Shown here piece by piece: positions 1-7,580 of a DNA stretch of 12,823 bases (position 1 is its first letter; each line of letters begins with the position of its first letter). The translations under genes and the position numbers were made by a program. Origin of the DNA: a virus; the UHGV virus genome UHGV-1339911. The stretch is one strand, 5' to 3'. Under the pieces are notes generated by a model. The model searched no databases. It saw only the letters and a program-made list of their open reading frames with translations, and was not told the origin of the DNA.

Positions 1-1272
1 AACGCCAGACAGGTCGAGACAGCAAAGCCAAAAGAGAAAACCTACAAAATGGCCGATGGCGGCGGTTTGTATCTCGAGGTTTCGGCTAAGGGTTCTAAAT
101 ACTGGCGCATGAAATACAGACGCCCCTCTGACAAAAAAGAGGATCGCCTCGCTTTTGGTGTTTGGCCCATGGTGACACTTGCTCAGGCAAGAGCAAAGCG
201 TGACGAGGCTAAAAAGCTCTTAGTGCAGGGCATTGACCCAAAAGCCGAGCAGAAAGAAGCTCAGGCTGAGAATTCGGGCGCATACACTTTCGAAACAATT
301 GCTCGTGAATGGCATGCCAGTAATAAGCGCTGGAGTGAAGACCATCGATCACGCGTTCTGCGCTATCTTGAGCTTTATATTTTTCCTCATATCGGTTCGT
401 CCGACATTCGGCAGCTTAAAACCAGCCACCTGTTAGCCCCGATTAAAAAAGTTGATGCCAGTGGCAAACACGATGTCGCTCAGCGCCTGCAACAGCGCGT
501 CACGGCCATTATGCGTTATGCCGTACAGAACGATTACATCGACTCTAATCCAGCCAGTGACATGGCCGGTGCGTTATCTACAACCAAAGCACGACACTAT
601 CCGGCTTTACCCTCTAGCCGCTTCCCTGAGTTTCTTGCACGTCTTGCTGCATATCGTGGCCGTGTAATGACAAGGATCGCGGTCGAGCTTTCCTTACTAA
701 CTTTTGTACGTTCCAGTGAGTTACGTTTCGCGCGATGGGATGAGTTCGACTTCGATAAATCTCTTTGGCGTATACCTGCAAAGCGAGAAGAAATTAAAGG
801 CGTGCGTTACTCGTATCGTGGCATGAAGATGAAAGAGGAGCATATCGTTCCTCTTAGTCGACAGGCGATGGTTTTGTTAGAGCAACTCAAGCAGATTAGT
901 GGCGATAAAGAGTTACTTTTTCCAGGAGATCACGACTCAACAAAGGTTATGAGTGAAAACACGGTAAACAGCGCATTGCGTGCGATGGGCTATGACACGA
1001 AAATTGAAGTTTGCGGGCATGGATTTAGAACGATGGCTCGTGGTGCGTTGGGTGAGTCAGGTTTGTGGAGTGATGATGCAATTGAGCGTCAATTGAGTCA
1101 CTCTGAGCGTAATAATGTGCGTGCAGCTTATATCCATACTTCTGAGCATTTGGATGAACGTCGTTTAATGGTGCAGTGGTGGGCAGATTTTCTTGATGCA
1201 AATAAAATTGAATTAATATCACCTTTTGATTACGGAAAGACGGTAATATTAAATGAAAACACCCAGCAATAG
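1..1272 (+). CDS. int: P4-family tyrosine recombinase (integrase), 5' end truncated by the window edge
   Basis: ORF track 49..1272, but the frame is open from base 1 with no stop before the ATG at 49, so the true N-terminus lies upstream. N-terminal KxYK-x-DGGGLYLEV-(x8)-W-R-x-K-YR motif is typical of P4-like integrases. C-terminal catalytic signatures HGFRTMARGAL (His-x-x-Arg) and RAAYIHT (Tyr) are present. Stop TAG at 1270-1272. Confidence 0.9.
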   Translation, partial: NARQVETAKPKEKTYKMADGGGLYLEVSAKGSKYWRMKYRRPSDKKEDRLAFGVWPMVTLAQARAKRDEAKKLLVQGIDPKAEQKEAQAENSGAYTFETIAREWHASNKRWSEDHRSRVLRYLELYIFPHIGSSDIRQLKTSHLLAPIKKVDASGKHDVAQRLQQRVTAIMRYAVQNDYIDSNPASDMAGALSTTKARHYPALPSSRFPEFLARLAAYRGRVMTRIAVELSLLTFVRSSELRFARWDEFDFDKSLWRIPAKREEIKGVRYSYRGMKMKEEHIVPLSRQAMVLLEQLKQISGDKELLFPGDHDSTKVMSENTVNSALRAMGYDTKIEVCGHGFRTMARGALGESGLWSDDAIERQLSHSERNNVRAAYIHTSEHLDERRLMVQWWADFLDANKIELISPFDYGKTVILNENTQQ

Positions 1273-1277
1273 CTGGG
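1262..1277. terminator. Hairpin (CCCAGC-AATA-GCTGGG) between the convergent int and SIR2-like genes; possible bidirectional intrinsic terminator
   Basis: Perfect 6-bp inverted repeat with a 4-nt loop overlapping the int stop codon. On the minus strand it is followed by a T-rich tract (complement of 1251-1261, TGTTTTCATTT); on the plus strand by CGTTTATAAT. Only 20 bp separate the two stop codons. Confidence 0.4.
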
Positions 1278-1292
1278 CGTTTATAATGATAG

Positions 1293-4200
1293 TTAAATGT
1301 GATTATCCCATTCATTTTTTATTTCGTCGAATTCATTTTTAGAATTGCACATTTTTTCCCATTCCTGAATTATATTTGGTTGTACAATACCTAGACGTTT
1401 GTTGTTGCAATAAATAGATGCTGCTAATTTTGTCGCGCTAAGTTTTTTTTCTAGATAGCTTAAGTGGTCATTATTGTTAATAAATTCTTTCCCATCCTCG
1501 AATAATAGGCCAGTTAAACCGCAATGAATTTTATTCATAAACTCATCAGAAATTGTAAAATCGCTAGAGCTTATTATAAACCTGACTAAATCATAGCATT
1601 CAGGAAGACATGGATCACGATTCCAGGCTATTTTTTCACTAAGTATTGTGATAATTTCTGGTGGGTACTCTTTATTTCTTATTAGTACATATACAGAGTT
1701 TATTGCTTCAATGACTTCTGTTTTAATGAAACTATATAACCCAGAACCTATATCTTTTAATAGGTCGCTTGAATGGTTCTTTTGATTCATTAAAAGCATA
1801 GTTAGTGCAGAATTTACAGGGATTCCTGATTTTTTCATCTTTTCTATCAAGTTTGTAATATGAATAATTGATTCACTATTCAATTTATTATAGTGGATTT
1901 CTAAAATTGTAGTGATAATTCTTGTTATGTTTTTAAATCTATGTGTAAATTCTTTTGATAAATCGTCCCGTTTCTCAAGCCAAATTTTATCATTGGAAAA
2001 CCACTTATTCATTTCAGATATGATCTCAGATAAGATAGTTTCGGACGGGGTTATATGATGAAGGGCACCATTAAGTTCGTTACAATAATTGTCGTTACCA
2101 CCTGTTATAGTAACGCTATTACCATTTTGAATAGGAAAATTATATGTTTTTATAATGGAAATAAATTTATCCTGAATATTTTCATTTTCAGGGTGAAGGT
2201 TATCTATAAAGAAAAATCTATAGTAACCACTATTAATTGGAAATCCATATTCATCGCGTTTAGCCCATAGGTTTTTTATTAGTTTTGAAATATCAGACTT
2301 GTTAAGTAGATCAAGATTATACAATGTAATTAACTTTTGTGATGCTGCTTTTCTTAAATCTTGATCTTCGCTTTTTAAATCATCAATATCTTTTCTGATT
2401 TTGGAAGATGTTATTTTTTTCAATAAACCATTAGGTCGTTTGATAATTGAAGCCAGTAGACATTCAAAAGGAGTAATAAAATTATATTTTTGACCCATAC
2501 CTAAATGATCATTAGAGGGTTTCGACGGATAATCGATAAAAATATCTATGAGGGATATTTTTTGAGAGTCATTCATACTCGCTATAGTACGTCTAAGCAA
2601 ATCCTTTGTCTCAGCAAAATCATAAAACCCCTCAGAGTTATATAACTTAAGAAGAAGGGTTATTATATCTTTTTTCTTTTCAAAAGAAACTTTTGTTACT
2701 AGTCTTGATAATATTTCAGGAATGATTGATAGGGTGGATAACTCTATTTCAAGCTTATCGCTAAGTCTTTCATCTATTTTTTTTAAGATGATTTGTTCGT
2801 ACTTTTTGAAGTATCCATCAAATAAATCTTCAACTTTTTTTCTTTCTAATAAAGAGAGTCTACCACGGTTAAAAAGACTTTTTGCTTTATCTTTATTAAA
2901 TGTTCTAAATATTGCAAAAATAGCGAATTCAGGGGAGTATGGATATATATGTCGGGATGCGTTTTCAACTATGCCACTAAAAATATTCATTCCAGGTATA
3001 TGGAAAGGCAGTCCAAGTTCTTCTGCTAGCAATAGAAAGTTGAAAGCATCTAAGGATTTAAGTTCCGCGGGACTCCCACCAAAATAAGTTGTCACAGTTC
3101 TTCTGTTAAGATCAAAATCAGTATCCTTTGAATTCTCAGATATACCTTGTGGGGATTCTAGTTTGATTTCTAAATACTTAATTTCGTTTTCTGGATCGCT
3201 ACGATATTGAGATAAAGTTGCTAATCTAGAATTGTATTCTGAAGTGTAATCATCGTTCTTGTTATTATTTTTCAAGCTTCTCTTGAACATTCTTAATATA
3301 TAAATGCAATAAGCTTCTTGGGACTCACTTGAATAGTCGATGTTCCTTGATGATAAAAGACTATTTCGGCGAATAGTTGATAAAGTTTCTTCAAGAAGAT
3401 TAATGGCTTCATCGAGCATGCCAAACTCAGCAAGTAGTCCCGCTCTTTTAATTTCATACTGTGGAAGAAGTTTATTTGTTTCCCAATTTGAAAGTTTTGT
3501 TCTGGCTTCATCAAAGTTCAATCTAAAATAAGAATGTAGGATATTCTCGTAATAGAATTCAGATTTAACTTCTGGAGTTAGTCTTTCTAAATTGGGAATC
3601 AGTAAATGATTTAATTCTTTCCATTTTGCTGTGAGATTCTCTTGGCGACAAAATTTCATTAAATTAATAACGATGGCTGAATATTTATCATCCAGATCTT
3701 TGTTTATTATGTTGTTAGTGTATTCGTCTTTATATTTTTCTGTGAGTTTAAATAAAAACTCTGCTGTGTCATTAAATATAGGTAGTAATGCTTTATTTAA
3801 TCGCCAAGTTAACTCATAACCAAAATTAATTTCTGCATATTTTTCCCAAATCACATCGTAGGTAACTACTGCCAACCACTCTCTAGTATCACGCCAAAGA
3901 TTACTGCGATTAGATTCAGGCAAAATAAGCCAGTTAGGATAAGATTTTCTTAATGATCCCCACTCAATAATGCATCGATTTATTTTTTCCATTTTTATTT
4001 CAGGGGTGTCATCGAAAGAAATGTGTTCTCGATTTTTTATTATTGGCCACTCTATTAAATTTTCTTTGTTTTTTGTTTCGTAGAGGGACTCTATAAAATG
4101 TTGATGAGCTAAATAATGATCTTTGCCAAAGTCCCCAAGTAAACTCAAGTCCACGATTGATATGTTTCTTTTTTCAAGCAATTTGCGCTGTGCTTCATTG

Positions 4201-4922
4201 AATGAGAAAAGACCTATCAGATAAATTTTTGGTGAGTTTTCTGCTCCAAGATTATCTCTTATCCAGCCAATCCAGTTAAGGAAATTAGGATCATCACCAG
4301 AAAAACCAATCAAACAAAGAGTATTTTCAATGAGTGATTGCTGTACTGTATTTACAAATGGTGAGTTATCTAAAGGATATTTCCTGTAATCTTCTTCAGT
4401 AATTATAAAAGGCCGCTCTGATGGGAAGCTTCCGTGAAGTTTGATGATCCTAGGTCTTTCAGCATTCATCAAATCACTTTTATTCAGTACCACATCATAT
4501 TTTCTGGAGTCAACATATACACATGCACGCTCAAGCAACGTGTCATAGTTAGTTGTAAAAACATCAACCCATGGTAACGATAAAAGAGAGATGTGTAATT
4601 TAGATGGTTCATACTCTTTATCAGGAACATGATCCATTATCAACTTATCAAGTGTTGCACGGCCGAAGGCGGCTTGTACCTCATCGCCAAGTTTGAGTAC
4701 ATTTAAATATTTGTTTAAATTTTTCTCACAGTAAATATTTTCATAAAAAATATCGCCTAAATCATTCCACATTGGGAATTGTCGTGCCTTGTTTGTTAAA
4801 GGTTTTGCATTTCGACTAAATCCAGCACCAATGAGTATTGCTGCGCGACCATCCCAAAGGCGAGATGATATATTATTTAATAGCGGTTTGATTTTTTTCT
4901 TATTTGTCATTATATATTCCAT
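1293..4922 (-). CDS. Large SIR2-domain fusion protein (defence-associated sirtuin / DSR-like); candidate single-gene NAD-depleting anti-phage protein with an unassigned ~950-aa C-terminal region
   Basis: Uninterrupted 1209-aa ORF. N-terminal ~260 aa carry SIR2_2-type motifs in canonical order: AAILIGAGFS (aa 27-36), VFTTNYDTLLE (aa 121-131, putative catalytic Asn125), IIKLHGS (aa 159-165, putative catalytic His163), CLIGFSGDDPNF (aa 203-214). No Walker A/P-loop seen anywhere in the protein. Gene is visibly AT-rich compared with its neighbours and lies between int and the late operon. Start-codon choice (M1 at 4920-4922 vs M5) is uncertain; no strong SD for either. Confidence 0.8.
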   Translation of the reverse strand: MEYIMTNKKKIKPLLNNISSRLWDGRAAILIGAGFSRNAKPLTNKARQFPMWNDLGDIFYENIYCEKNLNKYLNVLKLGDEVQAAFGRATLDKLIMDHVPDKEYEPSKLHISLLSLPWVDVFTTNYDTLLERACVYVDSRKYDVVLNKSDLMNAERPRIIKLHGSFPSERPFIITEEDYRKYPLDNSPFVNTVQQSLIENTLCLIGFSGDDPNFLNWIGWIRDNLGAENSPKIYLIGLFSFNEAQRKLLEKRNISIVDLSLLGDFGKDHYLAHQHFIESLYETKNKENLIEWPIIKNREHISFDDTPEIKMEKINRCIIEWGSLRKSYPNWLILPESNRSNLWRDTREWLAVVTYDVIWEKYAEINFGYELTWRLNKALLPIFNDTAEFLFKLTEKYKDEYTNNIINKDLDDKYSAIVINLMKFCRQENLTAKWKELNHLLIPNLERLTPEVKSEFYYENILHSYFRLNFDEARTKLSNWETNKLLPQYEIKRAGLLAEFGMLDEAINLLEETLSTIRRNSLLSSRNIDYSSESQEAYCIYILRMFKRSLKNNNKNDDYTSEYNSRLATLSQYRSDPENEIKYLEIKLESPQGISENSKDTDFDLNRRTVTTYFGGSPAELKSLDAFNFLLLAEELGLPFHIPGMNIFSGIVENASRHIYPYSPEFAIFAIFRTFNKDKAKSLFNRGRLSLLERKKVEDLFDGYFKKYEQIILKKIDERLSDKLEIELSTLSIIPEILSRLVTKVSFEKKKDIITLLLKLYNSEGFYDFAETKDLLRRTIASMNDSQKISLIDIFIDYPSKPSNDHLGMGQKYNFITPFECLLASIIKRPNGLLKKITSSKIRKDIDDLKSEDQDLRKAASQKLITLYNLDLLNKSDISKLIKNLWAKRDEYGFPINSGYYRFFFIDNLHPENENIQDKFISIIKTYNFPIQNGNSVTITGGNDNYCNELNGALHHITPSETILSEIISEMNKWFSNDKIWLEKRDDLSKEFTHRFKNITRIITTILEIHYNKLNSESIIHITNLIEKMKKSGIPVNSALTMLLMNQKNHSSDLLKDIGSGLYSFIKTEVIEAINSVYVLIRNKEYPPEIITILSEKIAWNRDPCLPECYDLVRFIISSSDFTISDEFMNKIHCGLTGLLFEDGKEFINNNDHLSYLEKKLSATKLAASIYCNNKRLGIVQPNIIQEWEKMCNSKNEFDEIKNEWDNHI

Positions 4923-4963
4923 CTGTTGTTCATGGCTATACTGAGTGTGCCGCAGTTGCTTCG

Positions 4964-4969
4964 ATTATA
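4964..4969 (-). promoter_or_regulatory. Candidate -10 hexamer (TATAAT on minus strand) about 42 bp upstream of the SIR2-like gene start
   Basis: Minus-strand sequence reads ...GGTCAAAATTTGCTTATAATCGA... ahead of the ATG at 4922. No convincing -35 element; based on the hexamer match only. Confidence 0.3.
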
Positions 4970-5502
4970 AGCAAATTTTGACCGCAGGGACATCATTACG
5001 AATGAAATTTGCACATCTCGGATTATCGTACATATCTATTGTTGAAAAAACATGCTTTCACTGCAACCCTCACTCGCTTCGCAAGGCGTTTTCAATTCAA
5101 ATTCAAACATGGTCTGCGACCGTACGGTATCTGGTGCTGGTCAAGATAAAAAGGTTGATGAAACGTATAGCTGTATCATGCTCACTTTGTATGACAAAGC
5201 GTGCGTGCTAACTGTATATGTGCAGCTTTCCACTGTTATTGCGGAGAACCTGATATTTAATAGGCTATTATCCCCTCAATAGTTGTCCATACCTCCTAAC
5301 AGTACAGCATTATTTGGAAGGGAGTTCTCTTTATCGTATTGATTTTACCTCAACACCTGCGCTGATATATAAGGCTGAGGTTACCATTTTCTTCTTCATC
5401 GCGAGCAGCCCCGCCCGCCTGCCCGCTTCGCTTAACAGACTGGTTTTCATGCACCCCGTAAATCGTCTCAGAAGCCACCACACAAGGGCTTTCGCGTCAA
5501 AA

Positions 5503-5537
5503 ATGGCGCATGAGACTAATGCGTTTTCATGCGCCAT
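5503..5537. repeat. Perfect 11-bp inverted repeat (ATGGCGCATGA ... TCATGCGCCAT) with 13-bp spacer
   Basis: Read directly: 5503-5513 is the exact reverse complement of 5527-5537. Lies in the apparently non-coding stretch between the cargo gene and ogr. Confidence 0.6.
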
Positions 5538-5581
5538 AGATATGCACTCATACGCTCTCAGGCCAGCCAGGGAAAAGGCGT

Positions 5582-5606
5582 AAAAAATCCCGGTACAGGA
5601 CCGGGA
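5582..5606 (-). terminator. Rho-independent terminator ending the sid-psu-ogr late operon
   Basis: 7-bp GC-rich stem (TCCCGGT / ACCGGGA, 5588-5594 and 5600-5606) with 5-nt loop, followed on the minus strand by a run of 6 T (complement of A 5582-5587). Sits 22 nt downstream of the ogr stop. Confidence 0.55.
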
Positions 5607-5628
5607 CTACGTGGGCGTATTTTGCTAA

Positions 5629-5901
5629 TCAGACAGGAATTTGCTGACGGCTTGACAGCTTTGACGCGGAGCCATAGCGGTTGAGAGTTTGCTGTTGTTT
5701 TTCAGGCATTTGTGCTTTGTCTGATTCCCGTTCATTGCGCCAAGGCTTCATAATTATCGTATCCACGCTTTCCAGAGCGGTAAATGTGCAGGAACATTCC
5801 AGATTCTGGCACTGATACCATGAGCGTTTAACCGATGGAGCTTCATAGGCACTGGTTCTGGCGTGAGCGACCGTCCCACATTCAGGACACTTCAGGGCCA
5901 T
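5629..5901 (-). CDS. ogr: Ogr/Delta-family zinc-finger late-gene transcriptional activator (single Ogr-like unit, 91 aa)
   Basis: MALKCPECGTVAHARTS...YQCQNLECSCTF...ESV matches the Ogr/Delta Cys4 zinc-finger signature (C-x2-C ... AHARTS ... QCQN-x2-C). I place the start at the internal ATG 5899-5901, which has a strong SD (AAGGAGG about 8 nt upstream) and sits immediately after the psu stop; the ORF-track start at 6003 overlaps psu and lacks an SD. Confidence 0.85.
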   Translation of the reverse strand: MALKCPECGTVAHARTSAYEAPSVKRSWYQCQNLECSCTFTALESVDTIIMKPWRNERESDKAQMPEKQQQTLNRYGSASKLSSRQQIPV

Positions 5902-5902
5902 A

Positions 5903-6457
5903 TCAGTACCCTCCTTTTTCATTAAGTCGGTTAAGGCGGGCCAGGAAAACTTTATGTTGTGCTGGGGTGAAACTGGCTGAAGCATCAGCGCACATTGATG
6001 CATCCACCGTTAATCCGGTTTCGTCGATAATGCTCTTGTATGCTGCTGAAATTACCGGAGTACGCACTTCCGTTTGTCGGGCTACAGCGGTTCGTAATAT
6101 TTTCATTGCCGCCTCAAGCCCGTATGGAGCGCAAAGAAAAGGAGCCAGAGCGTCAGTGAGTGCATCACCATGCTCGCTCATGAAGTTTTCCGTTGCGCTT
6201 GTAACACAACTCTCCAGCACAATCTGGTGAGCATAAAGACCATCCCGTGCAGCACAGTTAATCTGCCATTCGAGGACTGCAAGACGCTCACGAAGATCCT
6301 CAAGCTGGCTGGCATATGCTGCCAGTTTTTCTTCAGTATCCAGCAGAGCCGCCAGACGAAGCTGGCAGGTACTTTGCGTATTACGTAGTGTCAGCCAGCT
6401 TTTTATCGCCGAGCGGTAATCGTTGAGTGCTTCCTGAGTAATGCTTCCGGCATTCAT
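5903..6457 (-). CDS. psu: Psu-like protein (polarity suppression / capsid decoration protein of P4-type satellites)
   Basis: 184 aa. Segments FMSEHGDALTDALAPFL and the C-terminal FTPAQHKVF resemble P4 Psu as I recall it (FMQQHGTALAAALAPEL, FTPAQNMIF). Start overlaps the sid stop (ATGA), implying translational coupling. Confidence 0.75.
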   Translation of the reverse strand: MNAGSITQEALNDYRSAIKSWLTLRNTQSTCQLRLAALLDTEEKLAAYASQLEDLRERLAVLEWQINCAARDGLYAHQIVLESCVTSATENFMSEHGDALTDALAPFLCAPYGLEAAMKILRTAVARQTEVRTPVISAAYKSIIDETGLTVDASMCADASASFTPAQHKVFLARLNRLNEKGGY

Positions 6458-7206
6458 TTCTTCTCGCCCCCTTTAACCATGTCACGCTGTTTAAGCATCC
6501 GTGAACGCGCTGCAGGGCTGGGGGATTGTCTGGCATCTTGGATGGCTTTATCGTCCGCATAAATGCTGATCCCCGGCAGGGTAATATCATCCGTTGAAGA
6601 TACGTTACAGGACAGTGCCGGAGTGGTGAGTTGCTCGCTGATAAATTGCTTCAGCACACTTTCGGGGTCGTTTACGGTATGAACTACACCGATAACAGCA
6701 GAAGCGCTTCGGCCCAGAGTCATTTTCAGCAGTCCAAGGATCTGAATAAGTTTCTGGCCGTGTTCCTTCATAAACTCATTCCAGAGCCACACTGCATGAG
6801 TTTCAATCAGGCGATTATGCTCACTGATGTAGTGGTTTGCAGCATCCGCAGTTTTCCAGGGCAGGAATTCATTTTCTGCCGCCTGAGCTGCCAGCAAATC
6901 TTCGAACTCATCCAGTGTTTCGCGTCCGAGGGCGATTTCTGCCCGCAGTTTTTTCATGCGTGGCGTCATATTTCCCTGATTCTCACGAAACAGGTTTCGC
7001 CATTCATCATTAAGCGCCTGCGTTTCCGTTTTTGTATCTTCCTGACGTTTACGGATAGTTTCAATCATTGCAGCAGCTTCAGTTTGTTTTCGCCGTTCTT
7101 CCTGCCAGACAGCTTTTGCTACCTTAACTTTATCCACCGCTTCGCGAATTTTCGGTGGGAGGGAGGGTGTAATGTTTGCATCAGGGATCTGGTTAACAGT
7201 AGTCAT
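6454..7206 (-). CDS. sid: Sid-like capsid size-determination (external scaffold) protein
   Basis: 250 aa, charged and helix-prone, first gene of the leftward operon, immediately upstream of psu and ogr/delta. Size and position match P4 Sid (~244 aa). Assignment is mainly from synteny and size; I cannot confirm sequence similarity without a search. GGAG lies 5 nt before the ATG. Confidence 0.6.
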   Translation of the reverse strand: MTTVNQIPDANITPSLPPKIREAVDKVKVAKAVWQEERRKQTEAAAMIETIRKRQEDTKTETQALNDEWRNLFRENQGNMTPRMKKLRAEIALGRETLDEFEDLLAAQAAENEFLPWKTADAANHYISEHNRLIETHAVWLWNEFMKEHGQKLIQILGLLKMTLGRSASAVIGVVHTVNDPESVLKQFISEQLTTPALSCNVSSTDDITLPGISIYADDKAIQDARQSPSPAARSRMLKQRDMVKGGEKK

Positions 7207-7278
7207 GACTGCTCCGGTAGTGTTTTATTGTCGTGTCAATTGTGCCGGTGCCCATACAAGCGCACTACCGAGGGGGAT

Positions 7279-7310
7279 TGTGCCAGTGACAGAACAATGA
7301 CCTTGTTCTG
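7279..7310 (-). promoter_or_regulatory. Candidate Ogr/Delta-activated late promoter element (TGT-N12-ACA dyad) overlapping an 8-bp palindrome, upstream of sid
   Basis: TGT (7279-7281)-N12-ACA (7294-7296) matches the activator-site consensus described for P2/P4 late promoters. Its centre is about 80 bp upstream of the sid ATG, compatible with a site centred near -55 and a short leader. Adjacent perfect palindrome CAGAACAA-tgacc-TTGTTCTG at 7290-7310. Confidence 0.45.
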
Positions 7311-7360
7311 GCTAGCCAGAGAAATGCGTCATGTCTGATCTTCAACTTTCCTTTAATACA

Positions 7361-7580
7361 TACTATTCACTACTGTTCACTTTGATAAAAAAATTGATAA
7401 TACAGCTAGTTAAGAGGTGAAGGGTTGACAAGGCAGTATTCAGTGACTGTTCATGAGTGTTCATCGGAAGGCTGCGTGATTTATGATTTTTTTTCATCAA
7501 AAGTGAAATTTTTATTCCTAATGATTATTTTATTATTGTTCCTCACAACTATTCACCACTCTTCAGTAGTATTCAACAGA
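7361..7580. repeat. Array of iteron-like octamers related to TGTTCACC (ori-like) in the AT-rich control region
   Basis: TATTCACT 7364-7371 and TGTTCACT 7374-7381 (10-bp phasing); TGTTCATG 7448-7455 and TGTTCATC 7458-7465 (10-bp phasing); TTCACC at 7552-7557 and on the minus strand at 7416-7421. No ORF of 60 aa or more in 7339-8060 on this strand. Confidence 0.4.

Noticed and set aside
1025-4000. Short ORFs antisense to or inside int and the SIR2-like gene (233..436, 452..667, 1025..1315, 2055..2270, 2722..3087, 3293..3514, 3340..3531, 3631..3819)
   Set aside because: All lie within longer, well-supported genes in other frames or on the opposite strand, and have low-complexity translations expected from AT-rich antisense sequence.
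1293-4922. The large cargo protein as a restriction enzyme, helicase or other ATPase
   Set aside because: I found no Walker A/P-loop (GxxxxGK[ST]) or nuclease motif in the 1209 aa. The only recognisable signatures are the SIR2-type motifs at the N-terminus.
4945-5583. ORFs 4945..5211, 5052..5282, 5314..5583 (+) and 5331..5537 (-)
   Set aside because: Mutually overlapping, no SD, non-protein-like composition. One spans the 11-bp palindrome and another the terminator approach. The region is more likely non-coding regulatory or remnant DNA.
5902-6003. N-terminal extension of the Ogr/Delta ORF back to the ATG at 6003
   Set aside because: It overlaps the 3' end of psu, has no SD, and the extension is not Ogr-like. 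The internal ATG at 5899-5901 has a strong SD and starts right after the psu stop.
6631-7338. 235-aa ORF on the plus strand
   Set aside because: Entirely antisense to the sid-like gene, Cys/Phe-rich and without an SD; a typical shadow ORF.
7425-7453. Sigma-70 promoter from the TTGACA at 7425-7430
   Set aside because: No acceptable -10 hexamer at 16-18 bp spacing downstream; the hexamer match alone is not sufficient.
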